From NCBI RefSeq assembly GCF_000354175.2, contig NC_022359.1, positions 600,001 to 632,000 of the forward strand: DNA of 32,000 bases, read 5' to 3'. The stretch's first letter is position 1, and each line of letters opens with the position of its first letter. Under the pieces are notes generated by a model. That model was not told the DNA's origin, searched no databases, and saw nothing but the letters and a program-made list of their open reading frames with translations. Source of the DNA: Vibrio alginolyticus NBRC 15630 = ATCC 17749. Its GTDB lineage: Bacteria > Pseudomonadota > Gammaproteobacteria > Enterobacterales > Vibrionaceae. Below, in pieces: positions 1 to 8,869 of the stretch. The position numbers and the translations under genes were made by a program.

Positions 1-553
1 ATGCTCTGAATACTCAGAGGCCTCGAAAGAAGCAACGCGAATTATAACCAAAATCCACCTGTTGGCGAGAGCAAAATGACGAATTTTGGCTCTTTCGAGT
101 TTGATTGCATATTTATTGGTCACTTTTATGTTTTTTACCATCAACGCCTATCCTTATGCCCTTACTTTTATTAATAGTATGACGACAAAAGAGTGCTTTT
201 GCCTAAATTTTGAACGCTTGAACGTTTGCGTAAATAAATGTGATGAATATCTCTTTTTGTTGGCTATACTTGCGTCCCGTTTAAGCGGGAATTAGGGTTT
301 AGTTGTTCAGGACCCTTACCCATACAAGCCGTCACATGGAGCAGGCCAAGCAACATGCTCGCCAGCAGTGAATGACCCCACGGACCGGACCAGCTACGTT
401 CAATTGCTTGTATAAGGTAAAAATAAGATGTCGAACTATTCGTTCTGTCTGCATTCTGGATCTAAAAGTGAGTTATCACTCGCTGCGTTGTCCCTTTCTT
501 CTGCCAATTCCTTTGGCTCTTTTTTCTTTTTCAACGTTTAGTAGGTCCAGCTC

Positions 554-1762
554 ATGAGTGTTCTATTTAGTCTATTTGGTATTGTTGCACTGCTAGGTTG
601 TGCTTTCCTACTTTCTGAAGGTCGTTCTTCCATTAATTGGAAAACTGTATCTCGCGCCTTGATGCTACAAATGGGGTTTGCTGCGTTAGTGCTCTATTTC
701 CCGTTGGGTCAAGCGGCGCTAGCGAGTTTAAGTAATGGTGTCGCGGGGCTACTCAGCTTTGCTGATGAAGGGATTAAATTCCTCTTTGGTGACCTCGCTT
801 CTTCTGGCTTTATCTTCGCTATTCGTGTCCTTCCTATCATCATCTTCTTCAGTGCTCTTATCTCCGCCCTTTACTATTTGGGCATTATGCAAAAAGTGAT
901 TCAATTTATTGGCGGCGCTATCCAGAAGTTCTTGGGTACGAGTAAAGCAGAGTCTTTGGTTGCAACAGGGAACATTTTCTTATCTCAAGGCGAGTCACCA
1001 CTTCTTATTCGTCCATTTCTTTCTAACATGACTCGCTCTGAACTGTTTGCTGTGATGGCTGGTGGTATGGCTTCAGTGGCGGGCAGTGTGCTTGGTGGTT
1101 ATGCTGGTTTGGGGGTCGACCTCAAATACTTGATCGCGGCAAGCTTTATGGCAGCACCAGGTAGTTTGATGATGGCAAAAATCATCGTTCCTGAGCGTCA
1201 AACGCCAAGCGATTACAACAATATTGAGCTAGATAAATCAGAAGAAAGCAACGTAATTGATGCGCTAGCAAGCGGTGCCATGGGCGGTATGAAAGTTGCC
1301 GTTGCTGTTGGTACCATGCTTATCGCTTTCGTGAGTGTTATCGCGATGGTGAACACGGGGTTAGAAAACTTGGGTGAGATACTTGGTTTCTCTGGCGTAA
1401 CGCTACAAGCGATTTTTGGTTATTTGTTTGCACCTCTAGCGTGGTTGATTGGTGTGCCAAGCCACGAAATTCTAGCTGCGGGTTCATACATTGGTCAGAA
1501 AGTGGTGATGAATGAGTTTGTTGCGTTTATCGATTTTGTGCAGCACAAAGCGACACTGTCTGAGCATACTCAAATTATTATCACTTTTGCGTTGTGTGGT
1601 TTTGCGAACATTGGCTCAATTGCGATTCAGTTGGGCTCTATCGGCGTGATGGCACCTGAGCGCCGCAAAGATGTTGCAAGTCTAGGCCTAAAAGCGGTTG
1701 CTGCTGGTACACTCGCTAACCTGATGAGTGCGTGCTTAGCGGGCATTTTTATCTCTCTCTAA
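554..1762 (+). CDS. nupC: NupC/CNT-family concentrative nucleoside transporter
   Basis: 402-aa polytopic membrane ORF. Blocks such as GNIFLSQGESPLLIRPF and ELFAVMAGGMASVAGSVLGGYAG match my recollection of the NupC family. An intrinsic terminator follows at 1784-1812. Confidence 0.85.
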   Translation: MSVLFSLFGIVALLGCAFLLSEGRSSINWKTVSRALMLQMGFAALVLYFPLGQAALASLSNGVAGLLSFADEGIKFLFGDLASSGFIFAIRVLPIIIFFSALISALYYLGIMQKVIQFIGGAIQKFLGTSKAESLVATGNIFLSQGESPLLIRPFLSNMTRSELFAVMAGGMASVAGSVLGGYAGLGVDLKYLIAASFMAAPGSLMMAKIIVPERQTPSDYNNIELDKSEESNVIDALASGAMGGMKVAVAVGTMLIAFVSVIAMVNTGLENLGEILGFSGVTLQAIFGYLFAPLAWLIGVPSHEILAAGSYIGQKVVMNEFVAFIDFVQHKATLSEHTQIIITFALCGFANIGSIAIQLGSIGVMAPERRKDVASLGLKAVAAGTLANLMSACLAGIFISL

Positions 1763-1783
1763 TTTAGATTGAAGATCCACACT

Positions 1784-1812
1784 AAAAACCCGCCATTTAG
1801 GCGGGTTTTGTT
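1784..1812. terminator. bidirectional rho-independent terminator between convergent genes
   Basis: Stem AACCCGCC (1787-1794) pairs with GGCGGGTT (1800-1807) around loop ATTTA. An A-run lies upstream and a T-run downstream. Confidence 0.8.
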
Positions 1813-1816
1813 ATTT

Positions 1817-2905
1817 CTAAGGCTTGGGCATTAAGCCGTAAGGTATCGATTTAAAAGCCTCTGGGTGCTCTTGATAAGTTGGCGCTTTATGTACCCCTTT
1901 CCAATCGAGCAGCATGATGGCTAGCACGTTACGGTGTTCGCCGTACTTGAGATCAAAGTTACCGTCGACCGACGGAATCATCCCTTTTTCTGCGTTGATT
2001 GCGTGACGAATGGCTTGGCGGGTTTTCTTTACGACCGGATCATGGTCCAAGCCTGCTAACAAAAACGAAATGCCGACTTCCGCAATCACGTCTTCTTTGG
2101 CGCGCAGTAGGATAGTGTCGATGTTGTTGCGAAAGTAATCATAAATCCATTGGTGTTTCTTCTCGCTTACTCGCTCCTGATAATACTTTGAATCGGCAAA
2201 GATGATGTGCGTCATACCATAGAGTTTGTTCCAATACTGCTGAGCTGAAAGCATCTTATCTTTATCGTCGGGGTAGGTGTTCCGGAAGGTTTGAGTGAAT
2301 TCCTCGACCACATCTTGCTCTCCTAGCTGACGAAGCCAGTAGACTTGGTTTGCAAGCTGAGCTGCCCATGCCTCTATCATCTCTTTGTCCGTAACGTAAC
2401 GCGAGAAATCGTAGCGCCTAATAATTTTTCTCAGCGTTTTGTCTTGTTTATGTTGTAGGCCATATTCGTTTGCTCTTGCCATTGCGCCAAGCAAATCCAC
2501 ACCAAGATAAAGGTACTCAGGATGGTGTTTAGTCACGGTATAGCGTCGCTGACCTCGTTCGGTTTCTTTCTCTTGATACGTGGTCAGCCTTTGAGATGAA
2601 TAGAGAATGATGTCTTCTGGTTCAACGACTTCATTAGCAAATTGGTTTAACCGGCTGGCTACTTGTGCCATGTCGGTCCAAATGGCAGCGTGATATTTCT
2701 CATCTAATGTTTGGCGGTACATGCGTAAGCCAAAATGGCCCTCTTTAAACGCCGGGAAAGTGAACAGTTCCTGTTCGTAGGTACTACGAATCAACTGCGC
2801 TGATTGAGTATTATCGAGAAGCGGTACCTCTTCCTGTGATGCCTGAGCTGCAAAGGTAAGTGAGCAAGAGAGTAAGACCGCTAAGCTAAGAGGTTTAATA
2901 CGCAT
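1817..2905 (-). CDS. exported hypothetical protein (possibly the DUF3541-type Vibrio family; the family name is from memory only)
   Basis: 362-aa ORF with a signal peptide MRIKPLSLAVLLSCSLTFAAQA. No catalytic motif recognised. Confidence 0.7.
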   Translation of the reverse strand: MRIKPLSLAVLLSCSLTFAAQASQEEVPLLDNTQSAQLIRSTYEQELFTFPAFKEGHFGLRMYRQTLDEKYHAAIWTDMAQVASRLNQFANEVVEPEDIILYSSQRLTTYQEKETERGQRRYTVTKHHPEYLYLGVDLLGAMARANEYGLQHKQDKTLRKIIRRYDFSRYVTDKEMIEAWAAQLANQVYWLRQLGEQDVVEEFTQTFRNTYPDDKDKMLSAQQYWNKLYGMTHIIFADSKYYQERVSEKKHQWIYDYFRNNIDTILLRAKEDVIAEVGISFLLAGLDHDPVVKKTRQAIRHAINAEKGMIPSVDGNFDLKYGEHRNVLAIMLLDWKGVHKAPTYQEHPEAFKSIPYGLMPKP

Positions 2906-2974
2906 AAATCCATTCCCTATGAAGTCCTGAACCTAAACCTACCATCAATATTAATTGAGAATGTAAAAGCTGAG

Positions 2975-3583
2975 TCAATAGTTAAAAATTTGCCTAAAAG
3001 TCAGGTTGATACGTTCATCTTTGGTTTTCGCGGTTTTTGGTACGCAGTGCTTCCAGTGATGCTGTAGCTCGCCAGCCATAATCAGTAAGGAGCCGTGAGA
3101 AAGCTCATATTCAATCTCAGTTTTACAATGTAAATTTCTAAGCAAAAATCGACGTGTTTCACCTAAGTTCAAAGATGCGATAACAGGGTTTCTACCTAAC
3201 TCTGGTTCATTATCTTGGTGCCAGCCCATTGAGTCTTGACCGTGTCGATATAAGTTAGCGAGAACAGAATTAAAAGTGACATCAGCAACTGATTCACAAC
3301 GCACTTTGAGCTGAGTTAACTCAGGAGTCCAAGGGTGAGGCTGCATGGTTAAGCCTGAGTAAGTATATGCTGCATCACCGTGCCACGCTTGTAAGCGAGG
3401 TTGAAGTACTGACTTGCCGAACATAGTAATGTGTTCTTGGTGCCATGGCAGTGTCTTTCGAAGTTGGTCAAAGTAATTATCCGCCTCAAGATGGCTAAGA
3501 AAATGAGGATCATAATAAAGTTTTCCTCTTTCTACTTCTTGCCATAGATCGCCGCCAAATAAATCGCCTTGTTGATGCATCAT
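2975..3583 (-). CDS. alkB: AlkB-family Fe(II)/2-oxoglutarate-dependent dioxygenase (alkylated DNA/RNA repair)
   Basis: HxD iron motif in WHQDNE, a distal His in HHWKH, and the C-terminal RINLTFR (RxNxTxR) typical of AlkB/ALKBH2-3. Confidence 0.8.
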   Translation of the reverse strand: MMHQQGDLFGGDLWQEVERGKLYYDPHFLSHLEADNYFDQLRKTLPWHQEHITMFGKSVLQPRLQAWHGDAAYTYSGLTMQPHPWTPELTQLKVRCESVADVTFNSVLANLYRHGQDSMGWHQDNEPELGRNPVIASLNLGETRRFLLRNLHCKTEIEYELSHGSLLIMAGELQHHWKHCVPKTAKTKDERINLTFRQIFNY

Positions 3584-3712
3584 CTCACACCTAAAACATA
3601 AAAGTTGTCAATCACTGTTACCTTTCTGATTATGATTGGTTATTCTTGTGATAATAAGAATTTTAACAATAAATAAAAAATCTCGTAGTTGTATACGAGT
3701 TGTGGGGAGAAA

Positions 3713-5068
3713 ATGCGTTATTTACCCAGAAAGCGATGCTATTTTGCATTGTTCTTCCTCACCTTTTTCGCTTTGTGTATTGGGGTTATTGAGCTGTTAA
3801 ATCGAAACCAGCAAGAGCTTCACAAAGAGCGAGTTCAAGTTGAGGCCAAAGAACAACTTTCCATTCTCCGTTCCAATTTGGAAGCGGTACTTATGGCGGA
3901 TATCTACAAAGCCAGTACTTTAGCGACACTCATTACGTTACTTCCTAAAAATCAAGAAGAAGAATTGAGTATCGCCGCTCACCGAATCCTAAATAAAAGT
4001 AAACATATTACAATCATCGGTATCGCGAAAAATGATGTAATTAGTCATGTATTTCCACGCCAAGGTAATGAGCGCCTAATCGGCCTTGATTACCGCGCAG
4101 TGCCACAGCAGTGGGTACAGGTGCAAAAAGCCAAGGATGTACAAGAAATTTTCATCGCAGGGCCCGTTACATTGATCCAAGGTGGCCGAGGTTTGATCGT
4201 GCGTGTGCCTGTTTTTCTTGATCCTCCAATGAATCAGGACTACTGGGGAGTGATCAGTGCGGTGATTGATTTCGATGCTCTGATGAGAGAAACCGGCGTA
4301 ATTGATTTCTCGTATCGTTACCCTTTAATGATCCGTGGTTACGATAGCGGTGGCTCATTTGGTGATGCTTTCTTTGGCGCGCAAAGTGTAAATAGCATGG
4401 TATATGCAAAAGAGATGGTTCATTTTCCTTATGGTGGGTGGAGTATGGTGGTTTTCTCTGGAGGCAAAGCTGATCGCCAAATCTCTTGGCATCAGTTGCA
4501 TTTAGCTAGAGTAATCGGCTATCCCATTATATTCGCACTTAGCCTCGCGCTGTTCGCCATTTATCGACTGTATACCATTGCAGATGACAGAGCTTTACAC
4601 GATGAACTTACGAATTTACCAAACCGTCGCTATTTTATGAAGTTTTACAAGCAGCAGTTCGAAATAGCGAAACGTTATAAAAAGCGTTATAGCTTCGCCT
4701 TAATTAATATTGACCTAGATAGGTTTAAACACATTAACGATACCTATGGTCACGACGCAGGTGACAAAGTTTTAATCGCTACGGCTGAAAGGGTAAAAAG
4801 CTCTCTGCGTAAATCAGACATCGTGGCCAGAATGGGCGGTGATGAGTTTTTAGTTGTAGTCCATCACCCTGGAACGGAAGAAAATGTTCAGTCCCTTCTA
4901 CAAAAACTTCGATTAGCGCTATGCTCGACGCCCGTCATTTACGATGAAACGCTTATCTATTTGAAAGCCAGTATTGGGTACGCGATATTTGACCCGAAAA
5001 TGTCATCTCCTGAGCAAATGATGAAAATAGCCGATGAGAGAATGTATCAACAAAAGCATGGCGGATGA
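3713..5068 (+). CDS. membrane sensor diguanylate cyclase (CHASE-like periplasmic domain + GGDEF)
   Basis: Two TM segments flank a periplasmic domain of about 230 aa. The C-terminal GGDEF domain carries RMGGDEF and an RxxD I-site (RKSD) five residues upstream. I prefer ATG 3713 (preceded by GGGGAG) over the track's TTG at 3689, but the start is uncertain. Confidence 0.85.
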   Translation: MRYLPRKRCYFALFFLTFFALCIGVIELLNRNQQELHKERVQVEAKEQLSILRSNLEAVLMADIYKASTLATLITLLPKNQEEELSIAAHRILNKSKHITIIGIAKNDVISHVFPRQGNERLIGLDYRAVPQQWVQVQKAKDVQEIFIAGPVTLIQGGRGLIVRVPVFLDPPMNQDYWGVISAVIDFDALMRETGVIDFSYRYPLMIRGYDSGGSFGDAFFGAQSVNSMVYAKEMVHFPYGGWSMVVFSGGKADRQISWHQLHLARVIGYPIIFALSLALFAIYRLYTIADDRALHDELTNLPNRRYFMKFYKQQFEIAKRYKKRYSFALINIDLDRFKHINDTYGHDAGDKVLIATAERVKSSLRKSDIVARMGGDEFLVVVHHPGTEENVQSLLQKLRLALCSTPVIYDETLIYLKASIGYAIFDPKMSSPEQMMKIADERMYQQKHGG

Positions 5069-5229
5069 GCCTGAACCCAGTTTCAATAAGGGGTTAGAGG
5101 AATGGTAAAGTTGGGAGCCCGAAATCTCATCATCATTGAGGTGCAAGAATATGTGACTTCATATGTTCACAGACACTTTGCTGAGAGAGTCGTTATTAGC
5201 AGTGCATTCAGTGGCATATTTGCATGATG

Positions 5230-5255
5230 TTGCATTTTGCAAATGCAGTTTGCGA
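5230..5255 (+). promoter_or_regulatory. candidate LuxO (NtrC-type enhancer-binding protein) sites upstream of qrr
   Basis: TTGCATTTTGCAA (5230-5242) exactly matches the TTGCA-N3-TGCAA LuxO consensus as I recall it. A degenerate copy ATGCAGTTTGCGA abuts it at 5243-5255. The exact site is centred about 109 bp upstream of the predicted TSS. Confidence 0.6.
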
Positions 5256-5318
5256 AATTAATGGTTAATAAAGCAACGATATGCATCTGGATCTACTAAA
5301 AAACGGCTTTTTTAAAGT

Positions 5319-5334
5319 TGGCACGCATCGTGCT
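5319..5334 (+). promoter_or_regulatory. sigma54 (-24/-12) promoter of qrr
   Basis: TGGCACG-catc-GTGCT compared with consensus TGGCACG-N4-TTGCW. The -12 GC at 5332-5333 places +1 at about 5345. Confidence 0.8.
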
Positions 5335-5344
5335 TTACTTATAG

Positions 5345-5451
5345 TGACCCTTATTAAGCCGAGGGTCACCTAGCCAACTGACGTTGTTAGTGAATACAAA
5401 TTGTTCACAAGTATATACCGCCAATCACGTATATTGTGATTGGCGTTTTTT
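5345..5451 (+). ncRNA. qrr: Qrr quorum-regulatory sRNA (Hfq-dependent; not adjacent to luxO, so a Qrr2-5-type paralog)
   Basis: Starts UGACCC and contains the conserved Qrr core GGGUCACCUAGCCAACUGACGUUGUUAGUGAA (5362-5393). Ends in a 10-bp terminator stem CGCCAAUCAC/GUGAUUGGCG (5419-5445) followed by U6. Confidence 0.9.
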
Positions 5452-5455
5452 CTTT

Positions 5456-7012
5456 CTAAAGACCGATGATATTCACGTCGTTGCGCGTCTCATCAGCTTC
5501 TCCGCACTTGCTGTAACAACTAGGTTGTCTTGGACAAACCGCCCCTCTGGAGCAGATCAACCTTGCTTGGGTTTGAATCCCGCGCTCTATCCAGTTGATG
5601 TTTAATATCTTAGCGATAGTCGTTAAGTCTTTTTTGATGTGGGGAGGAATAACACTACTTCCGCCGGAAGCGACACAAAGGGACTTAAGTTCTTCCGCTA
5701 TGGAAACGGCATCGCCACCTTGTGCAGAAATGGCAGGGTTAAGATCAATACCGGCACATAGCACGCGATTATTCCCCGCAGGATCAAATACGTTAACCGA
5801 TTCGCAGCAGTAGATACGTGGCTCGTCGCCAACATTTAAAATCGAAATTTGCGCTGAACTGGTATCCAAAGGCTGGGAAAGGCGTCGGAATACGGCCCAG
5901 TGCTGGCAAGGGTCGTTCACTTTGCGCATGTTGCCCCAAGGCAATGGAATACCATTTCCGCGATACACGGCTTTTAACTTGCCAGGGCCATAGGCATCAA
6001 AATAGTGCCAATGAGGGTAAGGCGAGACCACCGTCATGCGACGCATTGCAACGGAAGGAGAAACCCCCGCCTTTTTGTGAACATCAATCTCGTAACCAGA
6101 ACGGTCAAGCAACTGACGAAAGGGTACTTTGGGGCAGAGTAGGGCACCGGCAAAGAAGCTGGACTCAAAATCACGCCAAGCTTGCAGGATATCTTGCGAA
6201 TTGAGTTCAGAGTTCGACACAGGGCTGTCCATTTGCTCCCAATTGTTTTGATGCCCGATAGATAAAACGTTATTCATTGCATCGCTGCTATGGAGCACTC
6301 GATGGCCGATATATACCGCCAAGTCATACTTCAATCGGGTTGGATAGTCACGCATTCGTTTATTGAGATAAATAGTCCCAGGTGGCTCCATGAAAGACGT
6401 AATCAACTGTTTGGCGCTGACGCCCAGTTCATCAATCACATCTTGTGGCGCTCGGTCTACCCAGCGAATATCCAACCCCATACTCTTTGCAATGTCGATC
6501 AGATCTTCCACTGACAGATTAAGTCGCTTTAAGCCCACTTCTTCCGCTGCCCGTTCTAAGTCTGGGAAATGGTTTTGGTGGTTCTCTTGGTGTGCGCGGA
6601 TCAGTAAGTGGGCGAATTGACGCCCTGTGATACCTGTTTGGGAGAGCATTTCTGGTATCGCGATTTGAAGAATATCATTGGAGAACAGGAAGCTCGGCTC
6701 CAGCGCCATGCCACTAATCCCACCACGATTCCCTTTGTTGGGTGTGATGGCTTCTAATTCGGGTTCATCATCTAAAAACCACGCAGGATCTTTTTGAAAA
6801 ACTTCCGCGATCACTTCGAGCATATCGATACTCGGTACGCGTTTTCCGCGCTCAATCATCGAAAGGTAAGAAACCGAAGGAGCGTACTCTGGATTAATTC
6901 TTACACAACGGGCAGATAAATCCTCCATCGTTAAATGGTTGTTTTTTCTTAGATTACGAATTTTCGTACCAAGAAAATGAGACTGACGAATAAGGCTTTT
7001 TGACACAGACAT
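5456..7012 (-). CDS. large XRE-family HTH regulator with a degenerate ImmA/IrrE (M78)-like middle domain and a Cys-rich C-terminal domain (ScfR/RamB-like architecture)
   Basis: N-terminal Cro/C1-type HTH (LGTKIRNLRKNNHLTMEDLSARC...SYLSMIERGKRVPS). The middle segment YIGHRVLH sits where M78 proteins carry HExxH. The C-terminus carries multiple Cys residues. Confidence 0.7.
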   Translation of the reverse strand: MSVSKSLIRQSHFLGTKIRNLRKNNHLTMEDLSARCVRINPEYAPSVSYLSMIERGKRVPSIDMLEVIAEVFQKDPAWFLDDEPELEAITPNKGNRGGISGMALEPSFLFSNDILQIAIPEMLSQTGITGRQFAHLLIRAHQENHQNHFPDLERAAEEVGLKRLNLSVEDLIDIAKSMGLDIRWVDRAPQDVIDELGVSAKQLITSFMEPPGTIYLNKRMRDYPTRLKYDLAVYIGHRVLHSSDAMNNVLSIGHQNNWEQMDSPVSNSELNSQDILQAWRDFESSFFAGALLCPKVPFRQLLDRSGYEIDVHKKAGVSPSVAMRRMTVVSPYPHWHYFDAYGPGKLKAVYRGNGIPLPWGNMRKVNDPCQHWAVFRRLSQPLDTSSAQISILNVGDEPRIYCCESVNVFDPAGNNRVLCAGIDLNPAISAQGGDAVSIAEELKSLCVASGGSSVIPPHIKKDLTTIAKILNINWIERGIQTQARLICSRGAVCPRQPSCYSKCGEADETRNDVNIIGL

Positions 7013-7013
7013 T

Positions 7014-7051
7014 TTGTAAAATTCACATTGTAAAATTTTTGTTGTGAAATT
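7014..7051. repeat. three phased direct repeats TTGT(A/G)AAATT with a 14-bp period, directly upstream of the XRE gene start
   Basis: Copies at 7014-7023, 7028-7037 and 7042-7051. The first copy starts 2 nt from the regulator's ATG (complement of 7010-7012). Confidence 0.75.
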
Positions 7052-7180
7052 GTAGTCAATATTTCGCTAGTCTACATAATGAGCAGGCAAGGAAATTAAC
7101 CATCCACTTCACAGAATTGCCTGAAACTTAAATAAAGGATTTAAGTTTTTACTCTAGGACGAGTTTTTAAGTGCGAGGAT

Positions 7181-7765
7181 ATGACGATGAATATGCTGAA
7201 CTTCGATAAAAAAGAGATGCAACAACAACAACGCCCATTTATCGCTGAAGCCGTATTTGCCGTCGAAGCGGTAAGTGCCGAGCAGCAGAGTGAGAAACAA
7301 GTAAAAGCGAAGCAACTGCTTGACCGCATGTTCCCATTGGAGAACGGGTCGCACCAAGACGTATCAAGTTACGTAATTGATTATCGCCATGTATTGGCTT
7401 ACTTCAAAGACGGTACGCATAGCGGCCTGAAAAGTCCGAAACATTTTGTGGCGTACACTGGTGAAAAGGAAGATCCAAAGTCGATTTTGTTTAAAGATGA
7501 TTCGGGCAATCATGTAGAAGTGCTGTTTGGCTGTCACAAAGGCACTGGTTGCGTGGAATTAGTGGACATTGACGATATTCAATTGGAAACTCGCACGACG
7601 TTTCATCCTGAACTAACTGGCAATGCACCAACCGCGATGCGCCATTGGATAAGCCTAATCAAAGGCGACAAAAAAGGTAAGCCGATGGCATGCAGTGAAG
7701 ATAAAGAATATACCGCAAAAAATGGTGACGACTACATTCTAAGTTACTGTTACAGCGTCGATTAA
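7181..7765 (+). CDS. hypothetical protein of about 190 aa, divergent from the XRE regulator
   Basis: 194-aa ORF with coding-like composition, followed by the terminator at 7785-7820. ATG 7187 has better spacing from GAGGA than 7181. No domain recognised. Confidence 0.6.
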   Translation: MTMNMLNFDKKEMQQQQRPFIAEAVFAVEAVSAEQQSEKQVKAKQLLDRMFPLENGSHQDVSSYVIDYRHVLAYFKDGTHSGLKSPKHFVAYTGEKEDPKSILFKDDSGNHVEVLFGCHKGTGCVELVDIDDIQLETRTTFHPELTGNAPTAMRHWISLIKGDKKGKPMACSEDKEYTAKNGDDYILSYCYSVD

Positions 7766-7784
7766 GATACTCATGATTGGATAC

Positions 7785-7820
7785 AAAAACCCCGCACTTT
7801 ACAGCGCGGGGTTTTCTTTT
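7785..7820. terminator. bidirectional rho-independent terminator
   Basis: AAAAACCCCGC...GCGGGGTTTTCTTTTT lies between convergent genes. Confidence 0.8.
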
Positions 7821-7855
7821 TCATCATAAAAGTCGTTTTCGCTTAGCCAGTTTAT

Positions 7856-8869
7856 TTAAATTGGCATCACGCGGTTACGACCGAGTTGTTTTGCTTCATA
7901 AAGCTGTTTATCGGCTTTATTGATTAAGGCTTCAGGCGTATCACCAGGCTCAAACTCTGCCACCCCAAAAGAAGCGGTAATGCTGTGAACTTGTGTGCCT
8001 GAGCGCTTATCTCTGATACGCAGTTTTTCTATCATGCGGCGTAGTGTGTCTGCATATTGGCGAGCAATTCGCAGAGATTTGTTAGGTACAATTAACGCGA
8101 ATTCTTCACCACCAAAACGGTACGCACATATCCCATCTCGACAACTTTGTTGTAGCCGGCGGGCAATGGCTTTTAATACTGTATCGCCAAAAAGGTGCCC
8201 GTAATTGTCGTTAAATGATTTGAAATGATCGATATCAAGCATGATCAAGGTCATTGCCTGATTTGATGCAATAAGTGAAGAGAGATCTTTGTCAAATGCT
8301 CGGCGGTTGTATAGGTTTGACAAACCATCGAACAACGCATCTTGCTGTACTTCAGCCAGTTGGTTTTTGAGGCGAGAAATTTCTTCACTCGCGTTAGTCA
8401 ATTGGCTATTCAAAAACTTTGTTGAGTGACGAATTTCGTGTGACTCTGCGACAAGTTGACGAATCACTACCATCACTTCTTCAATGCTTAGGCTATTGTC
8501 CTCAACTTTTTCCAGTTTATTAAAGCTTTTGTCTACCATCTCAGAAAAGGAGGAAGTATCTGAAATTGTATCGCTCATTGAACTGGATACTTCATGTAGC
8601 AGAACTTCTACATTGGTTCTAAGATCTTCAAGGCTGGTTTCTGCTTTGCTGGCCACATAGTTGTTGTAAAGCTGTTTATTGGTTGCTGGCGGGCAAATAC
8701 CGTAGTTTTCTAACACCGTGTCTAACTCAAAGTTGAGTTCTGGAATGGTCTTGTCAACGTAGGTATACCAAAGCGCGTAGTTGGCTGGCGTGGCAGCAAC
8801 ATGGTTTTTGATCATCAGTGGGACCGCTTTTTTTAAATTAGCGGTTGATTTCTTAAACTCGTCGGTCAT
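7856..8869 (-). CDS. cytoplasmic diguanylate cyclase (helical N-terminal domain + GGDEF)
   Basis: The C-terminal GGDEF domain carries RFGGEEF and NRRAFD. No RxxD I-site sits at the canonical position. Confidence 0.85.
   Translation of the reverse strand: MTDEFKKSTANLKKAVPLMIKNHVAATPANYALWYTYVDKTIPELNFELDTVLENYGICPPATNKQLYNNYVASKAETSLEDLRTNVEVLLHEVSSSMSDTISDTSSFSEMVDKSFNKLEKVEDNSLSIEEVMVVIRQLVAESHEIRHSTKFLNSQLTNASEEISRLKNQLAEVQQDALFDGLSNLYNRRAFDKDLSSLIASNQAMTLIMLDIDHFKSFNDNYGHLFGDTVLKAIARRLQQSCRDGICAYRFGGEEFALIVPNKSLRIARQYADTLRRMIEKLRIRDKRSGTQVHSITASFGVAEFEPGDTPEALINKADKQLYEAKQLGRNRVMPI

Noticed and set aside
209-257. CRP/CytR-like elements upstream of nupC: the direct repeat TTGAACG x2 (209-227) and AAATGTGA-tgaata-TCTCT (236-254).
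   Set aside because: Only the left CRP half-site is good and the right half matches 3 of 5 positions. This is too weak to call as a feature without conservation data.
291-420. GC-richer block in the long nupC upstream region, which I considered as a riboswitch or an SRP/4.5S-like RNA (GGAGCAGGCCAAGCAAC vaguely recalls the 4.5S GGAAGCAGCCAAGGCAG).
   Set aside because: I could not build a convincing conserved secondary structure. Only short 5-7 bp pairings are available. There is no match to any riboswitch core I know (purine, c-di-GMP, ZTP, preQ1), and the 4.5S similarity breaks down outside about 12 nt. A cmsearch against Rfam would settle it.
372-557. 61-aa track ORF just upstream of, and overlapping, the nupC start. 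The 86-295 ORF is a similar case.
   Set aside because: The composition is atypical and Cys/Arg-rich, there is no RBS, and the ORFs lie in a promoter/leader region. They are likely spurious.
5152-5171. TGTGA-N10-TCACA inverted repeat upstream of qrr, considered as a CRP site.
   Set aside because: CRP needs a 6-nt spacer and this one has 10. It could be another factor's site or chance, so it is not callable.
5595-6620. Four plus-strand track ORFs (5595-5813, 5818-6204, 6290-6514, 6390-6620) and the 5384-5605 ORF.
   Set aside because: All are antisense to, and nested in, the well-supported 518-aa XRE regulator gene or the Qrr locus. Their Arg/Ser/Cys-rich composition is typical of antisense frames.
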